42,839 nt of DNA, taken from positions 1 to 42,839 of the IMG/VR virus record IMGVR_UViG_2565956731_000005, one strand, 5' to 3'. The notes under the pieces were generated by a model. It made no database searches, had not been told where the DNA came from, and worked only from the letters and a program-made list of their open reading frames with translations. The DNA is from a virus (Duplodnaviria > Heunggongvirae > Uroviricota > Caudoviricetes). The translations under genes were made by a program, and so were the position numbers. Shown one piece after another: positions 38,117 to 42,839 of the stretch (position 1 is the stretch's first letter; the number at the start of each line of letters is the position of its first letter).

Positions 38117-39012
38117 TGCGGAACGCTGGAATCATGGATAGAACAAAATACATCGGAGGAAGCGATGTTGCAGGGATTCTTGGAATTAGCCCATGGCGCA
38201 CCCCGCTTGAGGTTTATCTGGATAAGGTCCAGCCACGTGTCAAACCAGTAGACCCAAGCAAGCAGAAAGTTTTCACGCGTGGCCAGCGTATGGAGCCATA
38301 CGTAATAGACCTGCTTTCTGAGGAAACAGGGATGGAAATCGTTCATCGCGGAAACCGCTATATCCACCGTGATTACGATTTTATTGCAGCTGAGATCGAT
38401 GCAGAAGCAGCGTCAGGCGAGAACATTGAGATCAAAACAGTTAGTCCGTTCAAAGCCAAAGAATGGGGAGAAATCCAGACAGATGCAATTCCTGTGCATT
38501 ACACGGCCCAGGCCATGCACGGGTTGATGGTTACAAACAAACAGGTATGCGTTTTCGGTGTGCTTATCGGTGGCGACGACTTCCGAATCTATCGGGTTGA
38601 GCGTGATGAAGAAACTATCCAGGCGATCTTAGAAAAAGAAATCGCTTTCTGGGACCGAGTGAAAAATCTTAACCCGCCGGAAGCTACCAGCGTAAGCGAT
38701 GTATCGCTGATGTTTGAGAAAGATGCCGGGACAAGTATCGAGGCTGACGGAAAGGCACTCGCACTATTCAACGATCTACGAGACATGAAATCACGCAGAA
38801 AATCACTGGAAGAAGAAATAGCTATATCAGAAGAGAAGCTGAAGATGTACATGCAAGAGCACTCAGTCCTGACCCTGGACGGAAAGCCGCTCTGCACATG
38901 GAAATCTCAGATCAGCAACAGATTCGACCAGAAGCTATTCCAGTCAGTACACCCTGAGTTATTCGAAAAATTCAAAACAACAACGACACAACGCGTCTTC
39001 AGAATGAAGTAA
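38113..39012 (+). CDS. YqaJ-like viral recombinase exonuclease
   Basis: N-terminal GGSDVAGILGISPWRTPLEVY signature of the YqaJ/lambda-exonuclease family; immediately upstream of RecT. Confidence 0.8.
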   Translation: MMRNAGIMDRTKYIGGSDVAGILGISPWRTPLEVYLDKVQPRVKPVDPSKQKVFTRGQRMEPYVIDLLSEETGMEIVHRGNRYIHRDYDFIAAEIDAEAASGENIEIKTVSPFKAKEWGEIQTDAIPVHYTAQAMHGLMVTNKQVCVFGVLIGGDDFRIYRVERDEETIQAILEKEIAFWDRVKNLNPPEATSVSDVSLMFEKDAGTSIEADGKALALFNDLRDMKSRRKSLEEEIAISEEKLKMYMQEHSVLTLDGKPLCTWKSQISNRFDQKLFQSVHPELFEKFKTTTTQRVFRMK

Positions 39013-39021
39013 GGAGAAAAA

Positions 39022-40044
39022 ATGTCTATCAATGCACTTAAGGCAGCGGCTACCGGTAACCAAGTTGCACATCATAATGAGAAACCAACAACTCTGGCCG
39101 GACTTCTGGCAGACCCAAAAATTAAAGCTCAGATGGCTTTGGCACTTCCAAAGCACATGACAGCAGACCGTCTGGCGCGCATAGCAACCACAGAGATCAG
39201 AAAGGTTCCAAAACTTGCATCATGCGACCAAGCCAGCTTCCTGGGGGCAATTATGCAATGTGCCCAATTGGGTCTTGAACCAGGCGGAGCTCTTGGACAC
39301 GCTTACCTGATACCGTTCGACAAACGCCAGAAAGTAAATGGAAGATGGGAAACCGTATCTACAGAAGCACAGCTGATTATCGGCTATCGCGGAATGATTG
39401 ACCTTGCCCGCCGCTCTGGGCAGATCCTGAGTATCTCGGCTCGTACCGTACATACAAACGACAAATTCAGCTACTCATACGGCCTGGAAGAAACGCTCGA
39501 GCATTTACCTTGCGAAACAGGTGACCGCGGAGAATTAACGCACGTTTACGCCGTTGCACGACTGAAAGATGGCGGAGTCCAATTTGAAGTTATGAGCCGG
39601 GCAGACGTTGAGAAAGTTCGTGCACTGAGCAAAGCCGGTAGCAGTGGCCCATGGGTTGATCACTTCGATGAGATGGCTAAAAAAACAGTAATTCGCCGAC
39701 TGTTCAAATATCTTCCTGTTTCTATTGAAATGCAGAAGGCTGTTGTTATGGATGAGCGCGCTGAAGCTGGACTTAGCCAAGATAACGCAGCTGTTATCAC
39801 TGGTGAATATTCCGTAGTTGACGATGAGCGTCAACACCTGTCGCCAATTTCAGATTCAGAACGAGAAGAAGCTCGAGAATATATCATCGCGATACTTAAT
39901 AGCCTGGATCCATCTGCTGAAGATGCAAAAACGATGTTCAAGCGCGCTGAAAATGAAATTAACACCATGGCTGAAAAGCTCGGTGATGAATATCACCAAA
40001 AATTCATGATGACGCTTAACGATATGCGTCCAGAATTCGAGTAA
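39022..40044 (+). CDS. recT: RecT-family single-strand annealing recombinase
   Basis: RecT-like sequence and length; RBS AAGGAG; paired with the YqaJ exonuclease. Confidence 0.8.
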   Translation: MSINALKAAATGNQVAHHNEKPTTLAGLLADPKIKAQMALALPKHMTADRLARIATTEIRKVPKLASCDQASFLGAIMQCAQLGLEPGGALGHAYLIPFDKRQKVNGRWETVSTEAQLIIGYRGMIDLARRSGQILSISARTVHTNDKFSYSYGLEETLEHLPCETGDRGELTHVYAVARLKDGGVQFEVMSRADVEKVRALSKAGSSGPWVDHFDEMAKKTVIRRLFKYLPVSIEMQKAVVMDERAEAGLSQDNAAVITGEYSVVDDERQHLSPISDSEREEAREYIIAILNSLDPSAEDAKTMFKRAENEINTMAEKLGDEYHQKFMMTLNDMRPEFE

Positions 40045-40093
40045 CCACCACCGCGGCGCCACGTGCGCCGCACTGCAACCAAGAGAGGTATTC

Positions 40094-40342
40094 ATGAAAG
40101 GTGCATTAGGTAAGAAAGAACTCCTGGCGGTGGTGCCACTGTCATGGAGCACTATCGACCGTATGGAGCGCGCAGGGGAATTTCCTAAACGCTGGTATAT
40201 CACCGATAAACGCTGCGCATGGAACCGTGATGAAGTTGAGCGTTGGCTTGATGAACGTCAGGCAGCAAGCCCGGCAGAGTTCCAGGGTAAAAAGCCTCCT
40301 GTTCAGCAACGTGTATATCGTCCTGTGAGCAACGCGGCATGA
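40094..40342 (+). CDS. AlpA-family regulator / excisionase-like protein
   Basis: WSTIDRMERAGEFPKRWYITDKRCAWNRDEVERWL fits the AlpA/Xis HTH pattern; near the integrase. Confidence 0.65.
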   Translation: MKGALGKKELLAVVPLSWSTIDRMERAGEFPKRWYITDKRCAWNRDEVERWLDERQAASPAEFQGKKPPVQQRVYRPVSNAA

Positions 40343-40451
40343 GTGTGCTGCTAAGGCACTGGAGCAAATGGTCAGGATGGTACTTATTCCTGGCCTCTGT
40401 TTCAGCATGGCTTTATCTGCTGGCATTAATTTTCAGAGAGGGTTGGATTAA

Positions 40452-40751
40452 GTGAGAAAGTTAAGCCGACTTGAAAAATATCACATGAACAAGGTTTCAA
40501 TGCGCAGCCCTTCAAAGGTTGTTGCCGTTACTCCTGCGGCGATAGAGATCGAAAAACGCGCGATTGAAAGAGAGAAAAAAGGGCAGTTCCGCATTGCCGC
40601 CCACCTTTGGCTTCAGTGTATGGATGTTGCTTCTGGTGATGTTGAACGTGCAAGGATCGCGGTTCGCAGGGACCAATGTATCACAAAAGGTAACGGCCTT
40701 CGCCGTGGCGACTATAGCGGCATAGGATGTTGTGGGGTGGTTTATGACTAA
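40452..40751 (+). CDS. PerC-family transcriptional regulator-like protein
   Basis: AIEREKKGQFRIAAHLWLQCMD…ERARIAVRRDQCI resembles the PerC signature as recalled; start uncertain. Confidence 0.5.
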   Translation: MRKLSRLEKYHMNKVSMRSPSKVVAVTPAAIEIEKRAIEREKKGQFRIAAHLWLQCMDVASGDVERARIAVRRDQCITKGNGLRRGDYSGIGCCGVVYD

Positions 40752-41394
40752 GAAATACACACTAATCTATGCAGATCCACCCTGGGTATACCGGGACAAA
40801 GCCGCAGATGGTAATCGCGGTGCCGGTTTCAAATATCCGGTTATGAGTGTGCTGGATATCTGCCGCCTTCCTGTGTGGGATTTGGCCGATGAAAACTGTC
40901 TGTTGGCCATGTGGTGGGTGCCAACACAACCACTCGAAGCACTAAAAGTTGTTGAAGCCTGGGGATTCCGTCTGATGACGATGAAGGGCTTCACGTGGAT
41001 AAAATGTGGTAGTCGACAACAAGATAAACTGGTTATGGGTATGGGACACATGACTCGCGCCAATAGTGAAGATTGCCTGTTTGCGGTAAAGGGAAAACTA
41101 CCTACGCGCATTAATGCAGGGATCGTTCAGTCATTTACCGCACCGCGGCTTGAGCATTCAAGAAAGCCAGATATCGTTCGTGAAAAACTTGTGCAATTAT
41201 TAGGCGATGTTTCTCGCATTGAACTGTTCGCCCGCCAGACGTCTCATGGCTTCGATGTTTGGGGTAATCAGTGCGAAGACCCGGCAGTGCAACTACACCC
41301 TGGATACGCGTTGGATATTGGCGGATTAACAAATGCATTCAGCAATGCTCCGCTGTCACCAACAGACAACCAGGGGCGGGAGCGTGCTGCATGA
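40744..41394 (+). CDS. MT-A70-family N6-adenine DNA methyltransferase
   Basis: Catalytic DPPW motif in IYADPPWVY; likely start is the ATG at about 40744 (track start 40732). Confidence 0.8.
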   Translation: MTKKYTLIYADPPWVYRDKAADGNRGAGFKYPVMSVLDICRLPVWDLADENCLLAMWWVPTQPLEALKVVEAWGFRLMTMKGFTWIKCGSRQQDKLVMGMGHMTRANSEDCLFAVKGKLPTRINAGIVQSFTAPRLEHSRKPDIVREKLVQLLGDVSRIELFARQTSHGFDVWGNQCEDPAVQLHPGYALDIGGLTNAFSNAPLSPTDNQGRERAA

Positions 41395-41585
41395 ACAGGG
41401 CATCACCAGCAGATTTAAGAAAATGCCTTGAAACTGCAAACATGCTTGCACACAGCGGGATCAGGTTTGTTCCAATTCCCGCTGTCACTGATGCTGAATT
41501 TGCAACACTGTCAGCAATATTCGAAAACAAAATTGAATCACTGGCAGCAGAAGCAGAGATGGAAGAAAATCAGCAGAACTATTAA
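41391..41585 (+). CDS. Small hypothetical protein
   Basis: ATG overlaps the methyltransferase stop (ATGA coupling); ends 4 bp before the integrase stop on the opposite strand. Confidence 0.4.
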   Translation: MNRASPADLRKCLETANMLAHSGIRFVPIPAVTDAEFATLSAIFENKIESLAAEAEMEENQQNY

Positions 41586-41588
41586 ACG

Positions 41589-42839
41589 TTATTCCCCCGC
41601 CATCCACTTCTCAAACTTCGACGGGGAGAACGGAATCAGATCCGTATGCTCCCCGTCAATCCATGAATCAATCATATCGGCCCACTGCTGCAACATGTAG
41701 GCGCGCTGTCTGGCGTATTCCGCTTTGTTATATACGGCGCGCACACCTTTCTGCTCATGTGCCAGAGCCTTTTCAATCCAGTCTGAAGGATAACCAGCCT
41801 CATGCAACAACGTACTGGCTGTACGGCGCATATCATGTACAGTGAAGTCCTGAATATGCTCACCATCTTCATTTATTATTTTCACCGTTCTGTCGATCAG
41901 AGAGTTCAGCGCGGCATTAGATAATGGCTTCCGGAAATTGTAACGACCAGGAACCAGATATTCACTTCCACCAGCGCACATCTGCAACCCGACCAATATA
42001 TCCTGTGCCTGTTTAGGCAGGTAAATAACGTGCGCCCGGCTTCCCTTCATGCGGTCTGGAGGAATTGTCCATGTCCATTTTTTAAAATCTATTTCATCCC
42101 ACGTTGCATTGGTGAATTCGCCCTTACGAACCATAGTGATAAGCACCAGTTTTAAAGCCATTTTCATAGTGCCCATAGCACCAATGGCATCCAGCGTGCG
42201 GAAGAACAGGCCAATTTCTTCTGGTGTCAGTGTTCGCTCTCGTGGTTTAAATATGGCGATAGACGAAGGTTTAATGTCAGCCGCAGGATTAAACAAACCA
42301 TGACCACGGTCATTGGCGTGACGGTATACGCTACTGATGATCTCCCTGGCCTGCACTGCTGTTGCCCGGCCACCGCGTTCGACAATCCGGTCACACAAAT
42401 CACGAACCATCGATGTGGTAATTTCAGCCATCATTTTATTGCCAAGAACCGGAAGTATGTCACGGTCGATCACCGCCTGTTTCATTGCGCGGGTACTGTC
42501 AGCCAGGATGACGTGTTTCATATAACTGTCGGTATGTACCGCAAACGTCTCGGCACCACGAATCTTTTTGATACCGTCACGTTTAGCCGCAGCCGGTGAC
42601 TGGCCTGCTTTAAGCAGCTTCTTTGCAGCAATCAGTTCTTCTCGCGCTTCTGCCAGGCTGATACCGTCACGCCCATACTGCCCGATTACCAGTGTTTCGC
42701 GGCGACCGTTGATACGGTAGTCATAGCGAAACGAGACCGTGCCTGACGTAAGCACAGCTACATACAGCCCGTCACGATCGGAGACCTTGTACAGTTTGTC
42801 CTGCGGCTTGAGGTTTTTTAATTTTGTATCGGTAAGCAC
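41589..42839 (-). CDS. int: Tyrosine integrase (P4-like), N-terminus at the window edge
   Basis: N-terminal arm-binding-like region (LTDTKLKNLKP…); catalytic region with HDMRRT and a C-terminal tyrosine; the start may lie just beyond the window. Confidence 0.9.
   Translation of the reverse strand: MLTDTKLKNLKPQDKLYKVSDRDGLYVAVLTSGTVSFRYDYRINGRRETLVIGQYGRDGISLAEAREELIAAKKLLKAGQSPAAAKRDGIKKIRGAETFAVHTDSYMKHVILADSTRAMKQAVIDRDILPVLGNKMMAEITTSMVRDLCDRIVERGGRATAVQAREIISSVYRHANDRGHGLFNPAADIKPSSIAIFKPRERTLTPEEIGLFFRTLDAIGAMGTMKMALKLVLITMVRKGEFTNATWDEIDFKKWTWTIPPDRMKGSRAHVIYLPKQAQDILVGLQMCAGGSEYLVPGRYNFRKPLSNAALNSLIDRTVKIINEDGEHIQDFTVHDMRRTASTLLHEAGYPSDWIEKALAHEQKGVRAVYNKAEYARQRAYMLQQWADMIDSWIDGEHTDLIPFSPSKFEKWMAGE

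Overview
This window is almost entirely one temperate podovirus-type prophage, with two plus-strand genes at the left edge (1..1071) that may be host or cargo. The lysis cassette resembles that of epsilon15/SPN1S-like Salmonella phages and the virion module has T7-like order; all calls are from reading the translations and DNA, with no database search run. Minus-strand layout from the right: Cro-like regulator, O-like initiator with internal iterons, P-like helicase loader, a nin-like block (PD-(D/E)xK nucleases, Lar, DUF551, ASCH), terS, terL, portal, scaffold, capsid, tail tube A/B, internal virion proteins, tailspike, then holin/endolysin/Rz-Rz1. The plus strand carries a tandem-HTH repressor with no visible S24 autocleavage domain, an early operon (YqaJ exonuclease, RecT, AlpA, PerC-like, MT-A70 methylase), and a tyrosine integrase runs to the right edge on the minus strand. 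terL is split by an IS100-like IS21-family element (27174..29126) with 28-bp imperfect inverted repeats and an intact 5-bp GAAGT target duplication. The most interesting region is the accessory island at 6.1-9.4 kb. It holds a perfect LexA box in front of a small protein paralogous to the C-terminal domain of the adjacent Bro-N antirepressor, a membrane-anchored tandem zinc-ribbon protein, and a putative RHH/YafO-like toxin-antitoxin pair. Two sequence motifs recur that no gene explains: a 17-bp palindrome (A/T)TTACC-N5-GGTAA(T) at 12 promoter regions, and a perfect 12-bp palindrome GTGACATGTCAC at three sites. A tRNA-Arg(UCU) with a 320-bp ORF-free leader sits antisense inside the late operon between terL and portal.
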